This document shows positions 18,173 to 26,936 of a DNA stretch of 64,000 nucleotides, piece by piece; within the stretch, counting starts at the first letter, position 1, and each line of letters opens with the position of its first letter. Where the stretch lies: positions 916 through 64,915 of the forward strand of contig JACPHN010000268.1 of the NCBI GenBank assembly GCA_016188575.1, read 5' to 3'. A program made the translations under genes and the position numbers. The DNA is from Candidatus Schekmanbacteria bacterium. GTDB lineage: Bacteria; CSSED10-310; JACPHN01. Below the pieces are notes generated by a model. The model saw only the letters and a list, made by a program, of their open reading frames with translations. It had not been told where the DNA came from and made no database searches.

Positions 18173-20267
18173 GAACAGATTCCTCCGATGTTGCCGAGAC
18201 CAGGTAGCGCTCGGAGTAATACCGGTACGCATAGGCATAGGGTGCCGCGACGAAGCTGACGTCGTTGAGCACCACACCGAGCAGCTTCGTGGTGTCGAAG
18301 CTCTCGAAGGCGCGCTGAACCAGCTCGCGCCGGGTTGTCCGGGCGCGCACCACGAACAGCGTGCCGTCCACCAGCCGTTCCAGCACGTGGCTGTCCACCA
18401 TCGGCAGGACGGGGGGGGAATCGATGACGATGCAGGCGAAGCGCCGGCGCAGGCGGCCGAGGAGGCGCTCCAGGGAAGTGCGCAGCAACGAGCCGCCGGG
18501 CACGGACTGGCGCGCGCCACCGGTCAGGACGTAGAGGTTTCCTTGGCGGTGGATGTACTCCCAGAGGTCGGCGTCGGCGTTGCTGAGTAGCTCGGAAAGA
18601 CCTTTTTCCAGCGGCAGATGGAGATACGCGTGGAGGTGGGGCTTGCGCACGTCGGCGTCGACGAGCAGCACGGGACCCTCGAGGCTTTGTGAAAGGGCCA
18701 CCCCGAGGTTGATCGCGGTCGTCGATTTTCCTTCAGCCCCGGCGGCGCTCGTCACCATCACGGTCGTGCTTGGGGCTGCGGCCAGGCGCCGGGAAACGGC
18801 GTGAGCGAGGATGCGGTATTGCTCGGACTCCACGGAAGCCGGATTGGTGATCGTGACGACGTTCGGTGCCACGCCCAGAGGGACGCCGTTGCGCCGCGGC
18901 GGCACGATCGTGGGGATGGCGAGCAGCACCGGAGCGTCGCTGGCGGCGCGAAAGTCTTCGAGGTCGCGAAACGTGGTGTCCAGATGCTCCCGCGCGAGAC
19001 CGGCGCCGAGGCCGCAGCACAGCCCGGCGACAAGGCCCATCGCCAGGATCCTCAGGCGGCGCGGGCTCACGGGCTGGATCGGGGTGACGGCGGCCTCCGC
19101 AATGGTGAGCACCGCGCCGGTCCCGACGCCGAAGCGCTCGCCGAGCCTGGCCATCTGCAGCTCCTCGACCAGGCGTTGCCGTTGGGCGACGGCGGCGTCG
19201 TACTCGCGCACGAGCTGCGCCTCGGCGGGGGACAGCGCCTCCGTAGCCGCGGTCCCCCGGTTGATCGCTGCCTGCAGCGAGGTGTCTCCGCGCTCGCTCT
19301 GATACGGGGCAAGCTGCTGATTGACCGTGGCGAGCTCCTCCTGGAGGCGCGCCTGGCGGGATCGCAAGCCACGCAGCGTCCGGCCGGTCTGCCGTTCATG
19401 GCCCGCGGTTTCCTTCTCGAGGGCGGCCATTTCTTGCTGCACGGCGACCACTTCCGGGTGCGCGATGGTGTAGCGGCTCAGCAGCTCCCGGAACTGGGTG
19501 CGCAGCGCGGCAAGGCGTCCCTCTGCGGACTGCATGGCGGTGCCCGTGTCCGCGGCACGCGCGACGCGACGTTCCTGCTCGAGCTCACTGTCGATGTCCC
19601 GCAACGCACTCTCGAGGTTCGCCCGGCGGGCGCGCAGCACCGCGAGCTCGGAGTTCGTCCGCGAGCTCAACGCCTGCAGCTTTTGCTCCTGGCTCTCCAG
19701 GTTCCGTTCCGCTGCGGCCAGCTCCGCCTCGAGTCCGGCGATCGTCCATTGCGCCTGCCGGCGGGCACCGCCGCCTTGACCGGTGACGAGAATTTGGCCG
19801 AGGTGGTTTGCTACCTGCGCGGCGCGCCGCGGGCTCGTATCCTTGAAGCCGATGGCGACCGTCTGGGTCCCCTGGACCTGCACGGTGATGCGGTTGCGCA
19901 TCTCGGTGAGCTGCTGCTCGCTGAAGCCGCCGAGCTCGGGCTCGTAAAGGCGATATTCGCGCATGATGTCCGCCAGGACGGAACGACGCAGGAGTCGCTC
20001 GCCAATCGCGCCCAGCGCCCGCTGTGCGTCATCCGGTGTGCGGAAGCGATCCAGCGCCTCCGGTCCACCCATGGTTTCGGCAACCACCAGGAGCTCCGCG
20101 CGGTACTGGTCGGGCAGCCGCATCTGCCATCCCGCGGCTGCTGCCTCGAGAAGCAGGATTCCGGCCAACACCCAGACGCGGCGGCGTTTCAGCGTCTCCA
20201 GCAGGTACCTCACGGAGAGCTCGGTGCCGGCGTCTTTCTTGGACAGGCACTGATGATGTTTACTCAT
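18159..20267 (-). CDS. wzc: Polysaccharide co-polymerase fused to BY tyrosine kinase (Wzc; ExoC+ExoD-like)
   Basis: Two TM segments flanking coiled coil with YTIAHPEV; EQYR, Walker A GAEGKST, VDADVRKP, IDSPP, Tyr-rich tail PYAYAYRYY. Confidence 0.9.
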   Translation of the reverse strand: MSKHHQCLSKKDAGTELSVRYLLETLKRRRVWVLAGILLLEAAAAGWQMRLPDQYRAELLVVAETMGGPEALDRFRTPDDAQRALGAIGERLLRRSVLADIMREYRLYEPELGGFSEQQLTEMRNRITVQVQGTQTVAIGFKDTSPRRAAQVANHLGQILVTGQGGGARRQAQWTIAGLEAELAAAERNLESQEQKLQALSSRTNSELAVLRARRANLESALRDIDSELEQERRVARAADTGTAMQSAEGRLAALRTQFRELLSRYTIAHPEVVAVQQEMAALEKETAGHERQTGRTLRGLRSRQARLQEELATVNQQLAPYQSERGDTSLQAAINRGTAATEALSPAEAQLVREYDAAVAQRQRLVEELQMARLGERFGVGTGAVLTIAEAAVTPIQPVSPRRLRILAMGLVAGLCCGLGAGLAREHLDTTFRDLEDFRAASDAPVLLAIPTIVPPRRNGVPLGVAPNVVTITNPASVESEQYRILAHAVSRRLAAAPSTTVMVTSAAGAEGKSTTAINLGVALSQSLEGPVLLVDADVRKPHLHAYLHLPLEKGLSELLSNADADLWEYIHRQGNLYVLTGGARQSVPGGSLLRTSLERLLGRLRRRFACIVIDSPPVLPMVDSHVLERLVDGTLFVVRARTTRRELVQRAFESFDTTKLLGVVLNDVSFVAAPYAYAYRYYSERYLVSATSEESVHDKN

Positions 20268-21561
20268 AAGGCAACACCGTGCGAAGCCGGTCGACTTCCT
20301 CGTCCCAGGCGCGGGACGCGGTGTCCGAGGCTGTCAGGTTGAGGCGCAAGCCGAGCGCGAAGCGCCGTGCGGTCAGGGCCGCAAGCTCCGGGGTGGAAAG
20401 CTGCTGATCGAGGAGCTGCGCGTCCAGGAAGGCGTCGAGGTTGTTGCGCAGGCGCACGTTCAGGTGGGCTCGCGAGCTGAGGGTAGTAAGCTCGCCGCCG
20501 GTGCTGAGCGCGGCGCGCGCCCGCTGCAGCCGCGCCTGGTAGCGAAGGCGGCTGCCGAGACGGCCCGCGAAGGCCAGGCTATAGATGCGCGCCGTGGCAC
20601 TTCCGGAAACGGCGCCGCCATAGGGGTCTGGCGCTCCACCTTCGCCCGCGTCGGGGCCGCTGGACAGACCGGCGCCTTCGAGCGCCAACACTCTGCGGTC
20701 AGCGGCGCCGCTGAGCACGTGGCGGCCGCCGCGGAGCCGCACGGAGGCCTCGACGCCCATCACGATCTCGACCTCTGCCGTGCGCTCGTAGCGCGCCACG
20801 CCGCTGCGGATGCGAGCCGCCAGGGCGGGGCGCGGAGCGAGGGAGCAGGTGGCCTCGACCTGGTGCACCGGCTCCGAGGTCTCGGCGAGGCCGGCGCCGG
20901 CGCCCGCGGCGTCGGTCCGCGTCGCCGCGTACAGATAGGTATAGCCAAGGCCGACGCTCGTCGAGCTCGCGAGCTGCCACGTCAGGCTCAGGTTTCCCGT
21001 TCCCGCGCCCTGATCGATGGGCACGTCGGCGGATTCCAACAGGAGTCGGCCGTGGCTCACACTGGCCTCGAGGCTTGCCGCCAGATCCGTGCGGCGGGTC
21101 AGCTCGTGGCGAGCGCCCACGGCGAGCCGCCCCTGCCAGAATGGGCTGCTGGCTACCGCCAGTAGCGGTTGACCGAGCTCTCTGCCGGCGTCGCGGCTGG
21201 AGAAGACGGAGCCAAATACGGTAAAACCCGCGCGGCCCACGTCGGTCCCATAGCGCAGCCCCGCCTGTTGGCGCGCGGCGAGCACGCGCCCCGTCTCCCG
21301 CACCCACTCCACGTGCGGCTCATAGGCGGCGATCAGCTCGCTCACGGCGCGGCGGTACGACACCAGGACGCTTTGCCGCAATGTCAGGTAGGAGCGGGCT
21401 TCGCCCTCGGGCGTCCGCTCGGACGTGCGGGACTCGTGAGCGACGCTCACCGCCGCGGGCAGCAGCCAACGCGCCGCTGCCCCGGAACCAGTGGGGCTCG
21501 CCAGGGCGGCGAGCATTGCCAGCGTCGCCCCGAGGAACCTCAGCACCGTCGATGTCGTCAT
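20260..21561 (-). CDS. Putative outer-membrane beta-barrel export partner (ExoB-like)
   Basis: Signal peptide, alternating amphipathic beta-strand patterns, located between wza and wzc. Confidence 0.65.
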   Translation of the reverse strand: MTTSTVLRFLGATLAMLAALASPTGSGAAARWLLPAAVSVAHESRTSERTPEGEARSYLTLRQSVLVSYRRAVSELIAAYEPHVEWVRETGRVLAARQQAGLRYGTDVGRAGFTVFGSVFSSRDAGRELGQPLLAVASSPFWQGRLAVGARHELTRRTDLAASLEASVSHGRLLLESADVPIDQGAGTGNLSLTWQLASSTSVGLGYTYLYAATRTDAAGAGAGLAETSEPVHQVEATCSLAPRPALAARIRSGVARYERTAEVEIVMGVEASVRLRGGRHVLSGAADRRVLALEGAGLSSGPDAGEGGAPDPYGGAVSGSATARIYSLAFAGRLGSRLRYQARLQRARAALSTGGELTTLSSRAHLNVRLRNNLDAFLDAQLLDQQLSTPELAALTARRFALGLRLNLTASDTASRAWDEEVDRLRTVLPYE

Positions 21562-21572
21562 ACCAGAGCTCC

Positions 21573-22175
21573 TCAGCGCACGTAAATGACGTCCGCCGGC
21601 TGGATGTCGAAGGGGTTTTCCGCACCATTGAGCATGGCCTTGATATTCACTGTGATCTTGCGCTCGGCGTCCGATCCCTGGCTGCGGATGACGATGACGC
21701 TCGCGCGGCGCGCGAACTCCGTGAATCCGCCGGCGAGAGCGATGGCGTCGAGCACCGAGAGGCGCTGCCGGACCACGTACCAGTCAGGACGCGTCACCTC
21801 GCCGAAAACGGCGATGCGGTGGCTGTTGATTTCCTTGACCACGACGGTGACGATCGGGTGCTCGATATACTTCTGCAGCCGCCTGGCGATCTCCTCCTGG
21901 AGGTCTTGCGGGATGCGTCCGCTGGCGCGGATCTCGCCTGCGAGGGGCACCGAGAGGTAGCCATCCGGGCGCACGATGACCGTTCGGGAAATGTCGGGCT
22001 CGCGCCAGACGAAGACCTCCACGACGTCCTCGGGTCCCAGGCGGTAGGTGTCTGTGGCGAGGAGCTCGTCTGCGGGCGCCGCATCGTCCGCTCCGGCGGC
22101 GGCGGCGAGGAGCGACGGAGCGGCGAGAGTCAGCGCGAAGAAGAGCGACAAGCAATGGCGTATAAGGAGATACAT
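21573..22175 (-). CDS. wza: Short OPX polysaccharide export protein (Poly_export + SLBB; ExoA-like)
   Basis: Signal peptide, YRLGPEDVVEV, VRPDGYLSVPLAG, LDAIALAGGFTEFA; 200 aa, lacking the C-terminal OM helix. Confidence 0.9.
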   Translation of the reverse strand: MYLLIRHCLSLFFALTLAAPSLLAAAAGADDAAPADELLATDTYRLGPEDVVEVFVWREPDISRTVIVRPDGYLSVPLAGEIRASGRIPQDLQEEIARRLQKYIEHPIVTVVVKEINSHRIAVFGEVTRPDWYVVRQRLSVLDAIALAGGFTEFARRASVIVIRSQGSDAERKITVNIKAMLNGAENPFDIQPADVIYVR

Positions 22176-22233
22176 AAGAACCGTTTACTCTTTGTTAGAC
22201 CGATGTTGTTTTGCTGGCGTCCGCGGAAGAGCT

Positions 22234-22249
22234 TGCAAGGTCTATGCCA
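22234..22249 (-). promoter_or_regulatory. Sigma54 -24/-12 promoter of the polysaccharide operon
   Basis: Minus strand reads TGGCATAGACCTTGCA (GG-N10-GC; consensus TGGCAC-N5-TTGCW), about 60 nt upstream of the wza ATG. Confidence 0.85.
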
Positions 22250-22308
22250 CCGCGAGAGATGCGGCTTGGACGGCCATTTGCCGCGGTTCTGGGGCCGTGC
22301 AATGGACC

Positions 22309-22341
22309 CCCTTCCATGGAAGGGTCGTTCCGCAAGTGGAA
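22309..22341. promoter_or_regulatory. Candidate upstream activator sequence 1
   Basis: Perfect palindrome CCCTTCCATGGAAGGG overlapping GGAA-N6-TTCC-N6-GGAA; the motif recurs at 23406. Confidence 0.55.
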
Positions 22342-22444
22342 TGTCGGTTCAACTCTCAGTACAGGTCTCTAGGGACTTGTCCCGGCACAGCATCGGCAGA
22401 CACCTGACAGGGCAGTTGCCAGGGGCACGATCTCCGTCTCCTTC

Positions 22445-22524
22445 TGCCCTCCGTTCCCCCCGCTGGCGAAGGGAGGTGAGGTGGGGGGAGGGCAGGGGTG
22501 GGGGGAGAGCTGGAGGGTGGGGGA
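22445..22524. repeat. REP-like element plus G-rich tract
   Basis: TTCCCCCCGCTGGCGAAGGGAGGTGAGGTGGGGGG followed by further G-runs. Confidence 0.6.
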
Positions 22525-22539
22525 GAAACCGCAGCCCGC

Positions 22540-23247
22540 CTATTGTTCCCGCGCCGCTGCGGTCAGGCCGTGCTCAATGGCCTGAAGAACCGCCTGCGCG
22601 GTGCTCTGGACGCCCATCTTGGTGCGGATTCGCGTTTTGTGGGCGTCGACGGTGCTGGTGGTGATGCCCAGTCGGGTGCCGATTTCCCGACTCTTCATGC
22701 CCTGGATGAGCAAGGTCAGAACCTCGCGCTCGCGCTCGGAGAGCTCGGTGGGGGCCGGCACCTGCCGCTGCAGAACGCACTTCAGCATGGCGTCCGAGAT
22801 ACTTGGACTGAGGTGAACGAGTCCACTGGCGACCTCCGCGAGCGCCTGGGAAAGGTCACCGGCAGGGTCCGAGGTGAGCACGACACCTCTGGCGCCGGCG
22901 CGCAGCCCATCCACGAGCTTCTGCTGCAGGGCGGCTTCGGTGCTGACCAGGATGACCTGGGTGGCAGGAGAGTGGCGGCGGATCTGCCTGGCCGTGGCAA
23001 TGCTGTCGGCAGTCGCGTCGAGGTCGATGATGGCGACGTCCGGGTGCGCGGCCGCGGCAAGAGCGATGGCGTTCCGCGCGCCGTCGGCCTCCCCGATGAT
23101 CGTGGCGAAGCTGGTATCCAGTGCTGCGCAAATGGCGGTTCGCATGGCCGAGTGAGCGCTCACCACGGCGACGCGGAGCACGGCTCTACCGCCAGGTCGC
23201 GGCTTGACCGCGAGCACTGGACGGCCGAGCGGAGGCCGAAATCTCAT
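22540..23247 (-). CDS. NarL/LuxR-family response regulator with atypical receiver
   Basis: ATG 23247 with GAGG SD; C-terminal LSEREREVLTLL...STVDAHKTRIRTKMG HTH. Receiver has VVSAH for VDDH and VVLTSD for YLLK. Confidence 0.88.
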   Translation of the reverse strand: MRFRPPLGRPVLAVKPRPGGRAVLRVAVVSAHSAMRTAICAALDTSFATIIGEADGARNAIALAAAAHPDVAIIDLDATADSIATARQIRRHSPATQVILVSTEAALQQKLVDGLRAGARGVVLTSDPAGDLSQALAEVASGLVHLSPSISDAMLKCVLQRQVPAPTELSEREREVLTLLIQGMKSREIGTRLGITTSTVDAHKTRIRTKMGVQSTAQAVLQAIEHGLTAAAREQ

Positions 23248-23327
23248 CGTCGCGTCCTCTCGTGCGTGTTCCCGGTGCGGGCGAGACCAGAGTGGTTCTC
23301 CCGGGAGGGAGCTCTGCGGTTGCTTTA

Positions 23328-23343
23328 TGCAATCGCCATACCA
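23328..23343 (-). promoter_or_regulatory. Sigma54 -24/-12 promoter of the LuxR-type gene
   Basis: Minus strand reads TGGTATGGCGATTGCA (GG-N10-GC). Confidence 0.75.
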
Positions 23344-23405
23344 TGCCGCCCTGGCGGCGAAACGCCCATCGTAAGTACCACCGGCGCGGCCGGCGGTGCC
23401 TCCGA

Positions 23406-23431
23406 ATGGAAGTAGCGTTCCCCTTCGTGAA
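23406..23431. promoter_or_regulatory. Candidate upstream activator sequence 2
   Basis: ATGGAAGtagCGTTCC matches ATGGAAGggtCGTTCC at 22316 and lies a similar distance from its sigma54 box. Confidence 0.55.
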
Positions 23432-23452
23432 CGCGGGTGGCGCCGTCGTGCT

Positions 23453-23495
23453 CCGACTCCTTCCTGCCCCGCTCGCGGCAGGGTTGGGGTGGGGG
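23453..23495. repeat. REP-like element
   Basis: CCTTCCTGCCCCGCTCGCGGCAGGGTTGGGGTGGGG. Confidence 0.55.
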
Positions 23496-23603
23496 CTACG
23501 CAGTATTGCCGAGGGGCTCCTCGGGGTTTTTCCGCAGAACCCAGGGGTTTCACAGGAGCTCGTCTAGGGTTTCGGGCGGGCCGTCCGTAGGCGGCCCACC
23601 GGA

Positions 23604-23632
23604 TTGTCAACGATGGCCGCGCTACTTATCTT
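23604..23632 (+). promoter_or_regulatory. Putative sigma70-type promoter of the sigma54 activator gene
   Basis: TTGTCA-N17-TATCTT. Confidence 0.5.
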
Positions 23633-23709
23633 CATAGAAGTGCTTATGGAAGGAACCGCGGCACCTCATACCAGGCGCCCGCTCGGCGGGCAAGCAGGAG
23701 AGGGGAAAA

Positions 23710-24747
23710 ATGGCAAGTTTTAAGCCAGGCGGGAGTCCATACCCTGCGGATGGGCTCGTTACGGTAGATCACCAGATGCATCACATCGAGGCCATAGCCC
23801 GACAGGTCGCCGATGTCGATGTGCCCATATTGCTTCTCGGCGAATCAGGCGTCGGCAAAGGCGTCGTCGCCCGTTACATTCACCGTTTCTCGGCGCGCGC
23901 GCGCGCCCCGTTTGTCGACGTAAACTGCGCTGCTGTGCCTCGCGACCTCTTGGAGTCAGAGTTTTTCGGCCACGAACGCGGCGCGTTCACGGGAGCGGTA
24001 CAGCAGCAGATCGGGCAGTTCGAGCTCGCCGAAAACGGTACGATCTTTCTCGACGAGATCGGCGAGATGGACCCGGCGGTCCAGGCCAAGCTGCTGCACG
24101 TCTTGCAGGACGGCGAGCTCCGGCGCGTCGGCGGCGCCGGAACCACCAAGGTACAGTGCCGAGTCATCGCGGCAACCAACTGCGATTTGAAGGACGCAGT
24201 GCGAGAAGGGCGATTCCGCGCCGACTTGTACTATCGACTGGCGGTCATCAAGCTCGAAATACCGCCGCTGCGTGAACGCCCGGACGACGTTGTGCTGCTT
24301 TCGCGGTACTTCTTGGGCAAGTACGCAAGCGAGTACCGCCGCCCGGTACCCGAGCTGCCGAGATCCATGGAGGAAACCTTTCGGCACTATCGGTGGCCGG
24401 GCAACGTGCGCGAGCTAGAGAATGCCATCAAGCGGTACGTCCTGCTGCCGGATGCCGCGGAAATCTGCGCGGATCTGAGCGAATCGATGGATCCGCATAC
24501 GAACGGTACCACCGCCATGGTCGCGCGCGTCGCCGGAGCGGAAGGGCCGATGTCGCTGCTGGACATCGGCGCGCAGGCGGCGGATGAGGCGGAACGACAA
24601 GCCGTCGTGCGGATGCTGGAAGCTACCAACTGGAATCGGAAAGCGGCGGCAGAGCGCCTGAACGTCTGCTACAAGACACTGCTGAACAAACTGCGCAGGT
24701 GGGAGATCGACGACCGCGCGCCGGTGTGGACGCTCGCCGATCGGTAG
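23710..24747 (+). CDS. Sigma54 enhancer-binding protein (AAA+ and Fis HTH) with no N-terminal sensor domain
   Basis: GESGVGKG, intact GAFTGA, FLDEIGEM, FRADLYYRL, WPGNVRELEN, WNRKAAAERL. AAA+ domain begins within about 20 aa of the start. Confidence 0.93.
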   Translation: MASFKPGGSPYPADGLVTVDHQMHHIEAIARQVADVDVPILLLGESGVGKGVVARYIHRFSARARAPFVDVNCAAVPRDLLESEFFGHERGAFTGAVQQQIGQFELAENGTIFLDEIGEMDPAVQAKLLHVLQDGELRRVGGAGTTKVQCRVIAATNCDLKDAVREGRFRADLYYRLAVIKLEIPPLRERPDDVVLLSRYFLGKYASEYRRPVPELPRSMEETFRHYRWPGNVRELENAIKRYVLLPDAAEICADLSESMDPHTNGTTAMVARVAGAEGPMSLLDIGAQAADEAERQAVVRMLEATNWNRKAAAERLNVCYKTLLNKLRRWEIDDRAPVWTLADR

Positions 24748-24777
24748 GCATCTGCCGCCACGGGGCGCCAGATGCCT
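24746..24777. terminator. Hairpin between convergent genes
   Basis: AGGCATCTG...CAGATGCCT 9-bp stem right at the stop codon; weak U-tract. Confidence 0.4.
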
Positions 24778-24824
24778 TGCATTGACGGTGCGATGAAGCT
24801 TGCTCTCGCCTCCTACGGCAAGCT

Positions 24825-25838
24825 TCAGCGTTCCTTCACCGCCAAAACCATGCGATAACGAGCGCGATTGGCGCGCACCTTGTCCAGCGCGTCGTTCACC
24901 TGTCGCAGCGGCAGGATCTCGATTTGCGGCACAACTTCGTTGCGGGCTGCGAAGGACAGCATTTCGCGAATGAGCGGTGGGCTGCCGATCGCGCTGCCGC
25001 GGATCGATCGCCTGCCAAGGATCAGCGCCGTGGCCGACACCTGAACCGGCCCTGGCGAGGCGCCGACGATGCACAGCGTCCCGTTTGGGCGGAGCAAATC
25101 CACGTAGTCCGGCCAGCTCAGGTCGGCGCTCGCTGTGGAAATCAGAAAGTCCACGGTTCCCGCCGCCTTCTTCAGCCCCCCATCGCCCTGAGTCGTGACG
25201 AAATCATGAGCACCGAACCGTGCCGCCTCCGCCGCCTTTTCCGGAGAGCTCGAAAACGCCGTCACGCGACAGCCGAACGCTCTCGCGAACCGAATCGCCA
25301 GGTGCCCGAGACCGCCGATACCAATCACGCCGACGCTGTGCGCCGGCCGCACCCCGAACTGGACCAGTGGCGCGTAGACAGTGACGCCACCGCACAGCAG
25401 CGGCGCGGCCATGGCCGGCGCGAGCGCCCCCGGAATGGGGACGGCAAACGCCGCATCGCAGCGCACCCGCGTCGCGTAACCGCCGTGATGCCCCACGCAG
25501 GTCGCGCGACTGGCAGGGCACAGGTTCTGGTCCCCCGTCAGGCACCACTCGCAGGAGCCGCAGCAGCCGCGCTGCCAGCCGATTCCCACGCGGGCACCGA
25601 GCTCCGGCGTCACCACGCGGTCGCCCAGCGCCACCACGGTGCCGACAATTTCGTGCCCGGCAACCAGCGGATAGGAGCTGATCCCCCAATCGTTGTCAAT
25701 GAGGTGGATGTCGGAGTGACAGACGCCGCAGTATTCGACCTCGACCTCGACCTCGCCCGCGGCGAGCGGGCCGGCCTCGAAGGTGAACGTGGCAAGTGCC
25801 TCGGCAGCGGCGTACGCGGCAAAAGCATTGATCTTCAT
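24825..25838 (-). CDS. Zn-dependent NAD(P)H alcohol dehydrogenase / aldehyde reductase (CAD/Ahr family)
   Basis: Start MKINAFAA with AGGAGG SD; CGVCHSD, GHEIVG, four-Cys Zn site, GIGGLG. Confidence 0.92.
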   Translation of the reverse strand: MKINAFAAYAAAEALATFTFEAGPLAAGEVEVEVEYCGVCHSDIHLIDNDWGISSYPLVAGHEIVGTVVALGDRVVTPELGARVGIGWQRGCCGSCEWCLTGDQNLCPASRATCVGHHGGYATRVRCDAAFAVPIPGALAPAMAAPLLCGGVTVYAPLVQFGVRPAHSVGVIGIGGLGHLAIRFARAFGCRVTAFSSSPEKAAEAARFGAHDFVTTQGDGGLKKAAGTVDFLISTASADLSWPDYVDLLRPNGTLCIVGASPGPVQVSATALILGRRSIRGSAIGSPPLIREMLSFAARNEVVPQIEILPLRQVNDALDKVRANRARYRMVLAVKER

Positions 25839-25933
25839 ACGGTCCTCCTGTGCACGTAGCGTTGGCAACAGAGCGCTAGAATGATTATAATGACGCCATC
25901 CCGATTGCCAATCCTCGCGGACCGGAGGCCAAG

Positions 25934-26656
25934 ATGACGAACACCCGCCTCGACTGCGGAGCCACAATTACCTGGCTCGGTCACTCTACCTTCACGATCG
26001 AGTCGCCCGCCGGCAAGATCCTCATCGTCGACCCGTGGATCCAAGGGAATCCCGCGTGCCCGCCGGCACTGAAGAACCCCGCGCGCGCCGACGTGATGCT
26101 GATCACGCACGGGCATTTCGATCACATTGGCGACGCCGTGGCGCTCGGCAAGGCACTGTCGCCGGCCGTCGTGGGGATCTACGAAACGTGCCACTGGCTC
26201 GAGAGCAAAGGCGTTCAGGGCTGCAGCGCCATGAACAAGGGCGGCGCGCAGACTGTGCAGGGCATCAAGGTCACGATGACGCACGCCATTCACTCGTGTG
26301 GCATCCTCGACGACGGCAAGATCATCTACGGCGGCGAAGCCGCCGGCTACGTCATCGAGCTCGAAAACGGCTATCGCATCTACCATGCGGGAGATACCGC
26401 ACTGTTTTCCGACATGACGATCATCGGCAAGCTGTGGAAGCCCGATCTCGCGCTGTTGCCGATCGGCGATCACTTCACGATGGATCCCGTGCAGGCCGCG
26501 GAAGCCCTCCGCTACCTCGGCGTAAAAACCGTGATCCCGATGCATTTTGGCACGTTTCCGCTGTTGCGCGGAACGCCCGGAGCACTGCGCGACGCGGCCG
26601 CCGACATCGAGGGCCTGCGCGTCATCGATCTGAAACCCGGCGAATCGATCCGGTAG
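25934..26656 (+). CDS. Metal-dependent hydrolase, metallo-beta-lactamase fold (UPF0173)
   Basis: ITWLGHS, IVDPW, THGHFDH, YHAGDT, LPIGDHFTM, IPMHFGTFP. Confidence 0.9.
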   Translation: MTNTRLDCGATITWLGHSTFTIESPAGKILIVDPWIQGNPACPPALKNPARADVMLITHGHFDHIGDAVALGKALSPAVVGIYETCHWLESKGVQGCSAMNKGGAQTVQGIKVTMTHAIHSCGILDDGKIIYGGEAAGYVIELENGYRIYHAGDTALFSDMTIIGKLWKPDLALLPIGDHFTMDPVQAAEALRYLGVKTVIPMHFGTFPLLRGTPGALRDAAADIEGLRVIDLKPGESIR

Positions 26657-26668
26657 AAGAGATACATA

Positions 26669-26911
26669 ATGGATGCATTGCGACAGTTTCTGAACCAGGA
26701 CGTGGAGGTTTCGGCCAATCGCACCGTATACGCGGGAACGCTCACCGGGATCGGGGAGAGCGAGCTCTACCTGCGCGCTTCCGGCCGGTGGATGGCAATC
26801 CCCCTGTCGGCGGTCAAGAGCATTCGGCCACGGGCGAGCTATACGCAGATGCCGTTTACGGACGACATCTTCGCGGGCCTGGAAGAGGAAGAGAAAGAGC
26901 CGAAGGAGTAG
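26669..26911 (+). CDS. Small hypothetical protein, possible Sm/LSm-like fold
   Basis: Follows the hydrolase by 12 nt; helix plus five beta-strand pattern and acidic tail. Confidence 0.65.
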   Translation: MDALRQFLNQDVEVSANRTVYAGTLTGIGESELYLRASGRWMAIPLSAVKSIRPRASYTQMPFTDDIFAGLEEEEKEPKE

Positions 26912-26936
26912 CGCCGCCCGGCTGGTCGCGCAGCGC

